From an uncultured Thermoplasmatales archaeon (GTDB lineage: Archaea; Thermoplasmatota; E2; DHVEG-1), in contig CAZUBH010000009.1 in the NCBI GenBank assembly GCA_964618505.1, forward strand, positions 9,508 through 73,507: 64,000 bases of DNA, read 5' to 3'. Under the pieces are notes generated by a model. It was not told the DNA's origin and ran no database searches. It worked only from the letters and a program-made list of their open reading frames with translations. This document shows positions 9,479 through 19,011 of the stretch, one piece after another (position 1 is the first letter of the stretch; each line of letters begins with the position of its first letter). A program made the translations under genes and the position numbers.

Positions 9479-12064
9479 ATGAAAGAAAAAATACAATTGA
9501 TATTGGTTAGTTTAATTGTTATCTCTTTATGTTGTACAGCAGTTACGGGAAATAATTCTAAAAAATCCAATGAAAAAATCTTTGAACAAATTAGTTATAA
9601 AAATGTAAACAAATTGGAATGGTATTCGCCAAATGGAGAATTGCCAGGGACTTACCAAGAATACTTAAAATCACATCCTTTAAAAACTGGTATTTTTTCG
9701 ACAATAATAGATACTACTAATAAATTTAGAAACGAAAATCAATTATCAATTCTAGTTGATGAAAATTTATATCCAAGCATTGAAAATAAACTAAATCAAT
9801 ATATCCAAGATCTTGAATTTTCTAATTATAGTGTACATCTTGAAACAGTGAATGGTGGAACTCCTGAAGAAATTAAATCTTGGATTAATCAAAGATACGA
9901 TAATAGTGCTAAAGGTATTCTTTTAATTGGAGATGTAACAGCAGCATGGGCAGAGGTTTCTGGATCAGTTTTTCCAAGTGATCTTTTTTATATGGATCTA
10001 GATGGAAATTGGGAAGATAATAATCATGATGACATATATGAATCCCATGATTCTGGCAGCGGCGATATGGGACCTGAATTATATGTTGCCAGAATTTATG
10101 CAACTTCACTAAACTATGATTCAGAAGCAAATATGGTTAATGATTATCTAGAAAAAGTCCATCGTTACAAAATAGGAGATTTGATACAACCTTGGAGAGG
10201 TTTAGAATACGTCGAAGAAGATTGGTATGATATGAATATCTTTTTAAATAATGTATATGAAGAAAACGTAGATAGATACGATTATGGTTACTATACCACA
10301 GGTGAGGATTATCTAAACAAAATGGATTTAGGCCAACACTTTGTTCAAGTTTGTGCACACAGTTATTCGGGGGGACATCACTTTGGTACAAGACCTACTG
10401 AATCAGCTTCTTATCTTCATACTTATGTATTCTGTCCCGAAGATAGAAATGCCAAATTACTACTAGGTTCTGATGATGGTATAAAAGTTTGGTTAAATGG
10501 AGTTAACGTATATACAAATGATAGATATGGAAATTGGTATAATGATGCCTATATTATAGACATAAATTTAAGTGAAGGTTGGAATAGTTTACTATTAAAA
10601 ATAAGTCAAAGAGGTTCTACCTACCTTGCCTCTGCTAGAATTGCTGATTCAAGTTATAATTCTTTTGATGATTTGCAATATCAAATAAACAATCCTGATT
10701 TACATGGCTCTGAAGGTCAATTTGTTAGAAGTTGGCTTGTAAACGGCTTTCACCAAGATTCTTCTGATAATTTCTGGGAGTATCTAACAACCAATTATCT
10801 TGGAGTTGATGAATCAACTGTGACACCTACAGAGGGTCAATCTATGGGTGGAAAAATATGGACTAAATTTGATTCTGGATATCCTTTTGTAGATTTTTCA
10901 GATTATGAAGAAGGCGATTATGGTGTCACATATGCCTATTCAAATGTCAACTCAGATTTCGAACAGAGTTGTCAACTTTGGTTAGGTTATGATGATGGAA
11001 TTTGCGTATGGTTGAACAGTGAAGAAATTCTACTAGATAACAGATTTGGAGACTTTATGCCAGATATGAACGTAGTAAATGTAAATCTTGAATCTGGAGA
11101 TAATCATTTATTGATAAAAGTCTCAGAATGGATGGGTAGTCACGGATTTAGTGCAAGGTTCTGCCAAAGCGATGGAAGCTATGTGCAAGGACTAGGCTTT
11201 GACCCTGAAATGGAACCTATATCACATATTGGAACATGGTTAGCAAATGGCCCATATCTAAATCCAAATCAACAAACTAGATTATCTCAAGATTATCTTG
11301 GGAATGAAAGTGAAGTAAGACCAAGTCAAGGTGATCCAGCACCTTTAAACATATGGCAAAAGGCCATTGGAAATGGTCAACCATTTGACATAGGTGAATA
11401 TTACAACGGTGAAGGAGATTGGGTTTATTCAGAAACAATTCAGCAAAGAGACCCTCCAGTACTTTTTTACAATCTTTTCTCTTGTGGGCCAGGAAGATTT
11501 ACAGATGAAAACTATTTAGCTGGAGCATACATTTATCACACTTCTTATGGATTGATTACAATTGCATCTTCAAAAAGTGGAAGCATGCTAAATTTTCAGG
11601 ATTTTACTGAGCCTTTGGGCGAAAATAAATGCATGGGATTTTCTTTGCAACAATGGTTTGAATCCCAAGCACCCTTTGAATTATGGGAAAAAGAATGGTA
11701 CTATGGACTTATTTTAAATGGAGATCCAACACTTAAATTAGAACCAGATATAATCTCAGATTTAGAATTAAACATTATTAAACCTGAAAATGCCTTATAT
11801 TTTAGAGATAAAAAAATAAAAGATATTAAGGCACCAGTTGCAATTGGAAAACTTACAATAAAAGCAGAAGCTTATAATGAAAATTACAATATAACAAAAG
11901 TTGAATTTTATATAGATGAAGAATTAGAACAGACAATTACAGAAGAACCTTATGATTTTAACTGGAATAAAAGAGAATTTTTAAAGCATAATGTAAAAGT
12001 AATTGCATATGATGATTCTGGCAGAAATTCTTCAAAAGAATTTATTGTTTGGAAGTTTTTTTAA
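9479..12064 (+). CDS. Secreted C25(gingipain)-like cysteine peptidase with large internal insertion and C-terminal Ig-like domain
   Basis: Signal peptide; LLIGDV, SDLFYMDLDGNW, His in CAHS, Cys in LFSCG, terminal LNGDPTL; VEFYID...PY..W Ig-like tail. Confidence 0.72.
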   Translation: MKEKIQLILVSLIVISLCCTAVTGNNSKKSNEKIFEQISYKNVNKLEWYSPNGELPGTYQEYLKSHPLKTGIFSTIIDTTNKFRNENQLSILVDENLYPSIENKLNQYIQDLEFSNYSVHLETVNGGTPEEIKSWINQRYDNSAKGILLIGDVTAAWAEVSGSVFPSDLFYMDLDGNWEDNNHDDIYESHDSGSGDMGPELYVARIYATSLNYDSEANMVNDYLEKVHRYKIGDLIQPWRGLEYVEEDWYDMNIFLNNVYEENVDRYDYGYYTTGEDYLNKMDLGQHFVQVCAHSYSGGHHFGTRPTESASYLHTYVFCPEDRNAKLLLGSDDGIKVWLNGVNVYTNDRYGNWYNDAYIIDINLSEGWNSLLLKISQRGSTYLASARIADSSYNSFDDLQYQINNPDLHGSEGQFVRSWLVNGFHQDSSDNFWEYLTTNYLGVDESTVTPTEGQSMGGKIWTKFDSGYPFVDFSDYEEGDYGVTYAYSNVNSDFEQSCQLWLGYDDGICVWLNSEEILLDNRFGDFMPDMNVVNVNLESGDNHLLIKVSEWMGSHGFSARFCQSDGSYVQGLGFDPEMEPISHIGTWLANGPYLNPNQQTRLSQDYLGNESEVRPSQGDPAPLNIWQKAIGNGQPFDIGEYYNGEGDWVYSETIQQRDPPVLFYNLFSCGPGRFTDENYLAGAYIYHTSYGLITIASSKSGSMLNFQDFTEPLGENKCMGFSLQQWFESQAPFELWEKEWYYGLILNGDPTLKLEPDIISDLELNIIKPENALYFRDKKIKDIKAPVAIGKLTIKAEAYNENYNITKVEFYIDEELEQTITEEPYDFNWNKREFLKHNVKVIAYDDSGRNSSKEFIVWKFF

Positions 12065-12069
12065 AATGT

Positions 12070-12888
12070 CTATCCTTTTTGAATAGGTGATCTCCAATCC
12101 AGTCCAGGTGTCCTTAATCCAATCTTTGGTATTAATGGGCTTCTTCTCTTATGTTGACTTCTCTCCCTCATTTTTTTAATTCTTTTAACTTCAGATAAAG
12201 TAACATCAGCCAAATTAGAAATTATATCTAAACTATTTTTATTCTCTAAACCATTAAGTATGATATCCAATTTGTTATAAGGAATACCAATTTCTGCTTC
12301 ATCTAATTGGTTTGGTTTTAAACCCGCAGTAGGGGGTTTTGTAATTATGCTATTTGGAATTTTTAGATATCTGGCAAGATCATATATTTGTGTCTTATAT
12401 AAGTCTCCTAGAGGCTGAAGATCTACTCCTCCATCACCATATTTTGTGAAATATCCTATTAGCATCTCGGATTTATTTGAAGTTCCACATACAATTCTAT
12501 TTAATAGATTTGCATACGAATATAATATTACCATTCTAATTCTTGATTTAATATTACAAATGCTTAATTCGTTTAAATCTAATTTTATTTCAGATAAAAA
12601 TTCTTTTTCAATGCTGTCGATTTCAATTATTAGACTTTCAATATCAAACTTTTTTGTTAAGTCTTCAAAATGTTTAACATCATCATCAGGAGTTGCACTA
12701 TCTGGCATAAAAATACATAATAAATTTTCTTTTCCTAAAACTTGTTTGCATAAAACTGCAGCTGTCGAGGAATCTATACCCCCTGATAGACCTAAAACAA
12801 CTCCGCTACATCCTGAATTTTCAACATATGTTTTTATGAAATCTTTTATTATTACCGAAACCTCAGATTCATTTATTTTCAAATTCAT
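12070..12888 (-). CDS. nadE: NH3-dependent NAD+ synthetase
   Basis: LGLSGGIDSS, NIKSRIRM, GTSNKSE and GYFTKYGDGG motifs. Confidence 0.96.
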   Translation of the reverse strand: MNLKINESEVSVIIKDFIKTYVENSGCSGVVLGLSGGIDSSTAAVLCKQVLGKENLLCIFMPDSATPDDDVKHFEDLTKKFDIESLIIEIDSIEKEFLSEIKLDLNELSICNIKSRIRMVILYSYANLLNRIVCGTSNKSEMLIGYFTKYGDGGVDLQPLGDLYKTQIYDLARYLKIPNSIITKPPTAGLKPNQLDEAEIGIPYNKLDIILNGLENKNSLDIISNLADVTLSEVKRIKKMRERSQHKRRSPLIPKIGLRTPGLDWRSPIQKG

Positions 12889-12898
12889 TTATGTCCTC

Positions 12899-14230
12899 TT
12901 AATTCCAACTCTCTACAGATTCCCTAAATATGCTACTTGCTTCTTTAACAATATCATCATCAACATTAGAGAACGATGCTCTTGCAATAGCAAGAGGTAT
13001 CCTTCTTATATAATCAGACATTCTCAAATCCCTTCTTAAAGCAGTATCATAATACTTATCCACTATTTCGTTCATATCATTTATGTATTGATTGACAGCT
13101 TTTTCCGATGCTTTAATTTCGGGATTAAAAGTCCTTGATAGCTTAACCCATTGATCGTAATAATCGTGTTTTTCTTTTACCTCAGAATCTCCATAAAATT
13201 TTTTCTTAAACAAGTCTACTCTTTCTTGTTTACTTATATTTTTTACTTTAACAATCAATGCACATCTACTCATCAAAAGAGGTGAAAGACCTATATCTAA
13301 AAGCGATTTTTTCCCAAAAACTCTTGATTTTGGATTTGCAAAAGCAATCATAATAAAATGACTTTCTATATTTTGATGTATTTTTGCAGAGTGAACACTA
13401 CATTTTCCATTTGAGAGTAATTCATAACAATACTCTATATCTTCTTGAGGTATTTTATCAAATTCATCAACTAAAACAACTTTATTATTTGAGTGTGGAA
13501 GTGCCCCCAAATCTCCTGTTCCAAGATTACAAACAAGTCCTGATCTTGTTGTATTTGCACCAATACTCGTTATTCCGGTAAATTCATCGTTTATTATTTC
13601 TTTTGCCATTGTTTTACTACTTCCAGGCTCTCCAATTATTAAAGAATGAACTGGTTCATCAAATGTAGAAAACATACTTGCAGAAATTATTTTTTTCATT
13701 ACCTCATTTCCATGAATTTCCTGAAATACATTTTTCCAAAAACCATCAAAACCTCTTTTTTTTGCAAATTCTTTCAGCTCATCTTCTGGAAGGAAAATAC
13801 CACTTTTTTCTTTTTCTTCTACCATTTTTACTTCAACAATTTCTTTTATGGTTTCTGCTTTACTGATAATCTTATTAAAATTAGGTGATTTACGAGACAA
13901 TAATATTTTTTTACCTTCAACTTTTAATGTTGCATTTCCCCATCCAACAGAATAAACATCAAGAATATTCATAACAGATTTTATAACAGCTCTATCTGTT
14001 CTTTTAACTTCAATTTCTATTTTATCCTCATTTGGAATTGATATATCTGTAATATTTTGGTTTGCAAGTATGTTTCTTGCTCTTTGTATCAACATGTTTC
14101 CTTTACTTGGCCCCATTCCAAGTGAAGAAACAGACATTATTGCAATTTGTTCTAGCGTTGTTATACCCATATTTTCAAGTTTTTTCCGATCCGAGGGGAT
14201 AACACCAATGCGAGATAAGTCATCTTCCAT
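12899..14230 (-). CDS. MCM-family AAA+ ATPase lacking the MCM N-domain, with N-terminal HhH-like region
   Basis: Walker A GEPGSSKT, Walker B VDEFDKI, AFANP sensor-1, LMSR Arg finger; N-terminus resembles the RadA HhH domain. Confidence 0.75.
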   Translation of the reverse strand: MEDDLSRIGVIPSDRKKLENMGITTLEQIAIMSVSSLGMGPSKGNMLIQRARNILANQNITDISIPNEDKIEIEVKRTDRAVIKSVMNILDVYSVGWGNATLKVEGKKILLSRKSPNFNKIISKAETIKEIVEVKMVEEKEKSGIFLPEDELKEFAKKRGFDGFWKNVFQEIHGNEVMKKIISASMFSTFDEPVHSLIIGEPGSSKTMAKEIINDEFTGITSIGANTTRSGLVCNLGTGDLGALPHSNNKVVLVDEFDKIPQEDIEYCYELLSNGKCSVHSAKIHQNIESHFIMIAFANPKSRVFGKKSLLDIGLSPLLMSRCALIVKVKNISKQERVDLFKKKFYGDSEVKEKHDYYDQWVKLSRTFNPEIKASEKAVNQYINDMNEIVDKYYDTALRRDLRMSDYIRRIPLAIARASFSNVDDDIVKEASSIFRESVESWN

Positions 14231-14283
14231 AGTTACACTTGCCCGGGGTTATGGAAAATACTAATTAAAATTTTGCGTCTGAA

Positions 14284-14835
14284 TCATAAATTCATTTTAT
14301 CGGCAAGTCTCAAATTTTTAATTTCTCTTTCAAGATACCTATAAACAGTAGCATGTGTACTACCATTTAGTAGCATATCAATTGCTCTTTTAACAACACC
14401 TATTGTCATAAAATCAGCAATCACACCTATTGTATGCCCGTATATTGATAAATAAGAACTTGTTAGATTTTCAATATTTTTCTTTGTTTTTCCATTTTTA
14501 CCAATAATTCTACTTTTTAAACGTCTTACATGATTGTCTTTTTTTCCAACATAATCATATATGTCAAATAAAAAAAACTCCATATCGTCTTTTAATAGGT
14601 GAATAGCATTTTCTGGAGAAAAACCTCGCCCTATAGCCCTAATTACATCCTCAGTTTTTAAAAATAAAAATGGATCACAAGATTCTTCTTTGCTAATTAC
14701 AACTTCCCCTTCTTTTGAATCTATTTGAATATTTGTATTTGAAATTTGTTCAATCATTTTTCTTGTTTCTCCATTATGTCCAATAAGAACACCAATTCTT
14801 TCTTGAGGGATTTTAAGATACTTCATGTTTATCAC
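14284..14835 (-). CDS. KH-domain RNA-processing protein (Dim2/Pno1-like)
   Basis: RIGVLIG, AIGRGFSPE, RIIGKNG and HATVYRYLE motifs. Confidence 0.93.
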   Translation of the reverse strand: MINMKYLKIPQERIGVLIGHNGETRKMIEQISNTNIQIDSKEGEVVISKEESCDPFLFLKTEDVIRAIGRGFSPENAIHLLKDDMEFFLFDIYDYVGKKDNHVRRLKSRIIGKNGKTKKNIENLTSSYLSIYGHTIGVIADFMTIGVVKRAIDMLLNGSTHATVYRYLEREIKNLRLADKMNL

Positions 14836-15611
14836 TTATTTACAATATCATTGTATATTTTTTCAGGTTCTGCTCGAATGTTATATTTTTTAAAATAATT
14901 GGTAATATTTATAATATCTCTTTTAAGAAAATCGTAGGCCATTGGATGCTTAATTATAACTGCCTGCCCAACATCTATGATGAACGGCTTATTTTTATGA
15001 ATGATTATGTTATATTGGCTAAGATCAGCATGTACGATTTCTGCCTTTTCATACATTTTATCAATATATTTTATAATCCTATTGAAAATCAATTCGGGAT
15101 TTTTTAAGTTTACATCTTTTAATAATGGTGAAGGGCTGTTAGAACTTCCCAAATATTCAAAAACAAGAACGTTTTTAATGAGTTTTATTGGTTTTGGCAC
15201 ATTAATTTTGATACTGTCTAATCTTTGCAGATTTCTAAATTCTTTTTTTGCCCATTCAAAAATGACTTCTCTACGATTCTTATTAGAAAGATCAAATCGG
15301 GGATCTCCAATTATATATTTTGTTATATGTTTAAAAGTTGCATTTGAAGTTCTATAAATTTTAATAGCAACAAATTTTTTTTTATCTAAAACACCTCGAA
15401 AAATGTTGGCTTCTTTACCAGTAGATATAGGAAAATCAAGATAGTCAATTGTTTTATCTGAAATTAGTTTTCCAAGAACGAGTAGAGTTGATTTATCAAA
15501 AACTTCATCTAAGGTTTTTTTATCAAAACCAGATTTATCAATCAAATTTTGGAGTTGTTTATCTAATTTTTTAAACCATTTATCGCTTAAAGAAAAATCA
15601 GAAGACATCAA
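14832..15611 (-). CDS. rio1: Rio1 serine kinase/ATPase
   Basis: ISTGKEANIF, AIKIYR, VHADLSQYN and IIDVGQAV motifs. Confidence 0.95.
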   Translation of the reverse strand: MMSSDFSLSDKWFKKLDKQLQNLIDKSGFDKKTLDEVFDKSTLLVLGKLISDKTIDYLDFPISTGKEANIFRGVLDKKKFVAIKIYRTSNATFKHITKYIIGDPRFDLSNKNRREVIFEWAKKEFRNLQRLDSIKINVPKPIKLIKNVLVFEYLGSSNSPSPLLKDVNLKNPELIFNRIIKYIDKMYEKAEIVHADLSQYNIIIHKNKPFIIDVGQAVIIKHPMAYDFLKRDIINITNYFKKYNIRAEPEKIYNDIVNK

Positions 15612-15957
15612 TTTCCTCTGGCAATAATTTTCTTCTACTTAGTGTTATTGATTGCGTCCTTGTATATCTATATACAATATCTGATTTTTCATCTTGAATG
15701 TCCCATGGCCTTATTATTAAAAGATCTCCTGCTCTCACTCTTGCTCTACGTTTCATTTTGCCAGGGATTCTAGCCATTCTTGCTTTTCCATCCTCACAAA
15801 TTACATTAATACGTGAACCGCCCATAAGTCTATCAGCAATGGCAAATAATTCTTTTTTATTTTTATTAGGGAGTTTTAATCTTATATACTCTCCTTCTGG
15901 ATTAGATTGCCCTTTCCCACCGAATCTATTATTATTTTTTTCCACGAGATCATCCAT
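15598..15957 (-). CDS. eif1a: Translation initiation factor aIF-1A
   Basis: ARIPGKMKRRARVRAGDLLIIRPWD; conserved aIF1A-rio1-KH synteny. Confidence 0.95.
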   Translation of the reverse strand: MDDLVEKNNNRFGGKGQSNPEGEYIRLKLPNKNKKELFAIADRLMGGSRINVICEDGKARMARIPGKMKRRARVRAGDLLIIRPWDIQDEKSDIVYRYTRTQSITLSRRKLLPEEIDVF

Positions 15958-15993
15958 CTATATACTATATACAATATTAATTTTCCTATAAAT

Positions 15994-16548
15994 CTATAGG
16001 TCTAATTGTTCAGATATATCATTTAATGAATTTAAACTAATTTCTAAAAACTCATCAAGTTCCAAGCCAAAATCAGCGCATAACTCAATTCTCTTTCTGT
16101 TGCATCCAGAAGCAAAAGATTTATCTTTAAATTTTTGCTGAAGTGTTTTTATTCTCACTTCAGATAGTTTTTTATTGGGCATAACAAGTGCAGCAGCAAT
16201 TATTAAACCAGATACAGCATCGGCAGCAATTAAAGCCTTGTCAAGAGATGTTTCTGGAACATGCATAGTATATTGATAATTGTGTGCTTTTATTGCATCT
16301 ATCCCTTTTTTTGGGATTAATCCATCTAATATTTCAACTGTTATATTCGCATGTTTTTCTGGATTGTTCTTAGTAAATTCATAATCTAAGTCGTGCAAAA
16401 GACCGGTCATGGCCCAAAGTTCTGTATCTTTGTCAAGTTTTTTTGCCAAATTTTCTAATATAGCCTCAACAGCTATGGAATGTTTAACAAGATTAACAGT
16501 TTTAATATATTTTTTTATTAGTTCTATTGCTTCCTCACGGCTTATCAT
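15994..16548 (-). CDS. HD(IG)-domain phosphohydrolase
   Basis: KHSIAVEA, GLLHDLDYE, AIKAH and AADAVSGLI motifs. Confidence 0.88.
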   Translation of the reverse strand: MISREEAIELIKKYIKTVNLVKHSIAVEAILENLAKKLDKDTELWAMTGLLHDLDYEFTKNNPEKHANITVEILDGLIPKKGIDAIKAHNYQYTMHVPETSLDKALIAADAVSGLIIAAALVMPNKKLSEVRIKTLQQKFKDKSFASGCNRKRIELCADFGLELDEFLEISLNSLNDISEQLDL

Positions 16549-16657
16549 GTTAAAGCAAAGAAAATATCATTTAGATTATAAATCTTACTTATTAATCAAA
16601 AGAAAGATTTAAACATTAAAATATGTTTTATTATTTGGTGGGAAAATCAGAAATATA

Positions 16658-16957
16658 ATGGTTGTTGATAATGAGTCAAAAACAATTGACATAATTAAGT
16701 CTTTTTTAGATGAGGAAAAAACCAATATTGTCCCTGCTGCAAACAATAGAGAAGCTTTGGAGTTTTTAGAAAATAATAAAGAAAATAATTTTGATTTAAT
16801 TTTAGTTGAAACCAATAATTATGAAAATAGCAAAAAAGGTTTTGTATCATTGAATACTAAATTGAAATTTGATATAGGCGATGATAAAAGATTTTTGGAA
16901 AAACCTTTTACTAAAGAGCAATTTAATAAATTTTTAAATGAAAACATTGAAATTTAA
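16658..16957 (+). CDS. Stand-alone degenerate receiver (REC)-like protein
   Basis: VVDNE, FDLILVE (Glu at the phospho-Asp site) and LEKPFT motifs. Confidence 0.6.
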   Translation: MVVDNESKTIDIIKSFLDEEKTNIVPAANNREALEFLENNKENNFDLILVETNNYENSKKGFVSLNTKLKFDIGDDKRFLEKPFTKEQFNKFLNENIEI

Positions 16958-16969
16958 CATTAATTAGAA

Positions 16970-17641
16970 TTATAAAATATCTATTTCCATTTTCCAAGAA
17001 TTTTTACTTCCGCTTATTTGTTTTTTTATTATTTTTAATTCTTTTTCAAATAATGGACAATTTAAAACAAAAGTCTCATATTCTCCTCCTTCTCCAGCAG
17101 GATTTATTTTGTATTTATTATTTAAATTTGAAATATCATTAATAAAAGCTCTATCTATTTTTCTACCCAGCCAGTTTTCATCAAAAGGATAAGCAAAAAC
17201 TCCTGTTAAAATAACTTCAAAATTATCTTTTAATAAATCTTCTAAAAGCTTTATTTGATTTTTCTTCCATAAAGGATTATAACATTTAATTTTTAGCTGA
17301 TTACATATTTTTTGAATTCTTGACAATTGATAGTCCGATTCAACGGCCCCAGTAACTATAGTTTCTATGTTAAAATCATCAATACATATTTTAATGGCTT
17401 CTTTTAAATCATCTAGTTCTTTTTCTTTTTCTCCCAAAGTTTGTTTTAATAAAATAGGAATGTTCATTACTTCTGATTGTTTTTTTACCTTTAATATTGA
17501 AGGAGTATGAAACATATAGCTTTCTGGATTTTTTGATACTATAGATATTAAACAAGATAAATCATAATTATTTTTTTTTGCTAAAAATGCTGCATATGCA
17601 GAATCTTTTCCTCCTGAAAATAAAACACCGCAATTCATCAA
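16970..17641 (-). CDS. Diphthine-ammonia ligase family (Dph6) PP-loop ATPase
   Basis: FSGGKDS, ESYMFH, GAVESDYQ and PAGEGGEYETFV motifs. Confidence 0.92.
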   Translation of the reverse strand: MMNCGVLFSGGKDSAYAAFLAKKNNYDLSCLISIVSKNPESYMFHTPSILKVKKQSEVMNIPILLKQTLGEKEKELDDLKEAIKICIDDFNIETIVTGAVESDYQLSRIQKICNQLKIKCYNPLWKKNQIKLLEDLLKDNFEVILTGVFAYPFDENWLGRKIDRAFINDISNLNNKYKINPAGEGGEYETFVLNCPLFEKELKIIKKQISGSKNSWKMEIDIL

Positions 17642-17697
17642 TTTTGAAAATAAAATTATACTTATAATCTTTCTCTATAATCTATAATAAAAACATT

Positions 17698-17712
17698 CGA
17701 AATATTTATATT
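17698..17712 (+). promoter_or_regulatory. Candidate BRE/TATA promoter of 17752
   Basis: CGAAA followed by TTTATATT ~45 bp upstream of the ATG; GGAGGT SD also present. Confidence 0.4.
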
Positions 17713-17751
17713 AAGCTTAGAACATTATTTTTTAATTATGGGAGGTAAAAA

Positions 17752-18243
17752 ATGAAGAAAATCTTAGCAATTTTGATTATGTGCTTTTTTACAATGGCAA
17801 TATTTTCAAGCAACCCAGTTACATCAAATACAGGCATTAGAGATAAATTAATGGATTCATATGAACCTGAAATAACTCAAACAACAGAAACAACCGAAGA
17901 ACCGCCAAATTGGGCCAATGGTAATTTTACAGGTGTTTGGGGAATAGATATATGGGGAGAAACCCAGATTCCATTAGGGTGGATTTATGGATACTATAAA
18001 AGATCTAAAAATTTTGGTTATTTCTATGCTGGTTTCAATGATTTCTGGGACGAAAATGACACTTCCTATCTTCAGGGTTATTTATTAGGGCCGTATATGT
18101 TTGGCACCTTAGGTTCTGAAGAGTCAGCAAATGAAACCGCTTTTGTTGGGCTTGGGGGTTACAACGAAACACATTTTTATTGGCGTGTAATGACTTTAGA
18201 AGGGCCAACATATTTCATGTATGGAGAATATTTTTCATACTGA
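17752..18243 (+). CDS. Secreted hypothetical protein
   Basis: Signal peptide MKKILAIL..., SD, aromatic/Gly-rich beta-like body. Confidence 0.7.
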   Translation: MKKILAILIMCFFTMAIFSSNPVTSNTGIRDKLMDSYEPEITQTTETTEEPPNWANGNFTGVWGIDIWGETQIPLGWIYGYYKRSKNFGYFYAGFNDFWDENDTSYLQGYLLGPYMFGTLGSEESANETAFVGLGGYNETHFYWRVMTLEGPTYFMYGEYFSY

Positions 18244-18295
18244 AATCTAATTTTTTATTTTTTTCCTAATTTTAATATTATAAAACGAAACTTTT

Positions 18296-18330
18296 ATTCT
18301 ATCAAAAACTACAAAAACAAAAAGTGTATT
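18296..18330 (+). repeat. 35-bp direct repeat, copy 1
   Basis: ATTCTATCAAAAACTACAAAAACAAAAAGTGTATT; 34/35 identical to 19375-19409. Confidence 0.85.
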
Positions 18331-18538
18331 GTCTCCTATAGAAACAACAATTTTACGACATTTTGGGATAAAAGATTTTTACTGGATTATAAACTAATAA
18401 TTTTACCAAGTTTGAAACATAAAAGGAAGAGATAATTTTACTAAAATTTGAGAGATTTTTTCCCTTTTTTATTTTTTAACGATTGTTGAGCAATATATTT
18501 ATATACAACCTTAAACTTAATATTAAAGGGGAAAAGGC

Positions 18539-18772
18539 ATGAAAAAGATACTTTCAATAGGAAGTATTGCAGTTGTTTTTTTACTTGTTAGTATGAGTTT
18601 TTCATCAGTTGTAAGCGCTGATGAGAATCAAAAAATTAATTTTCGAGACATACTTGAAAAAAGAAACAAATTTGATTTATGGGATTGGTTAGAGAATCTT
18701 ATAATAGGATTTATATTAACTTTAGCAGTTGATATTTCATTTATGTGGTGGATTTTAGATTTCTTTATTTGA
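18539..18772 (+). CDS. Small signal-peptide + TM protein, paralogue 1
   Basis: MKKILSIGS...SA leader, FRDILE...WLENLI, hydrophobic C-terminal helix; SD present. Confidence 0.75.
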   Translation: MKKILSIGSIAVVFLLVSMSFSSVVSADENQKINFRDILEKRNKFDLWDWLENLIIGFILTLAVDISFMWWILDFFI

Positions 18773-18775
18773 AAT

Positions 18776-19000
18776 ATGAAAAAAATAATAGTGGTTGGAA
18801 GCATATTCGCAGTAGCAATTTTAGTATTAGCTTCGATGCCAACTATAAATGCTTATGAAAATGTAGATTTAAATATTGAGGAAATTAATGATAACCTTTC
18901 TATCAAAGAACTAATATATTTTATACTAACTTTATTTATTGTATCAATATCATTTGGAGTTTTAATGTTGGATTTTTTTATTCATTGGTATTTTGAATAG
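18776..19000 (+). CDS. Small signal-peptide + TM protein, paralogue 2
   Basis: MKKIIVVGSIFAVAILVLASMPTINA leader; hydrophobic C-terminus. Confidence 0.75.
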   Translation: MKKIIVVGSIFAVAILVLASMPTINAYENVDLNIEEINDNLSIKELIYFILTLFIVSISFGVLMLDFFIHWYFE

Positions 19001-19011
19001 TGAAATTAGAT

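Noticed and set aside
10397-11415. Insertions in the C25 genes (also 56978-57520) as inteins
   Set aside because: No N-terminal Cys/Ser block, no C-terminal His-Asn and no homing endonuclease motifs.
12899-14230. MCM-like gene as a marker of an integrated virus or plasmid
   Set aside because: Flanked by housekeeping genes on the same strand, with no integrase, att sites or viral genes nearby.
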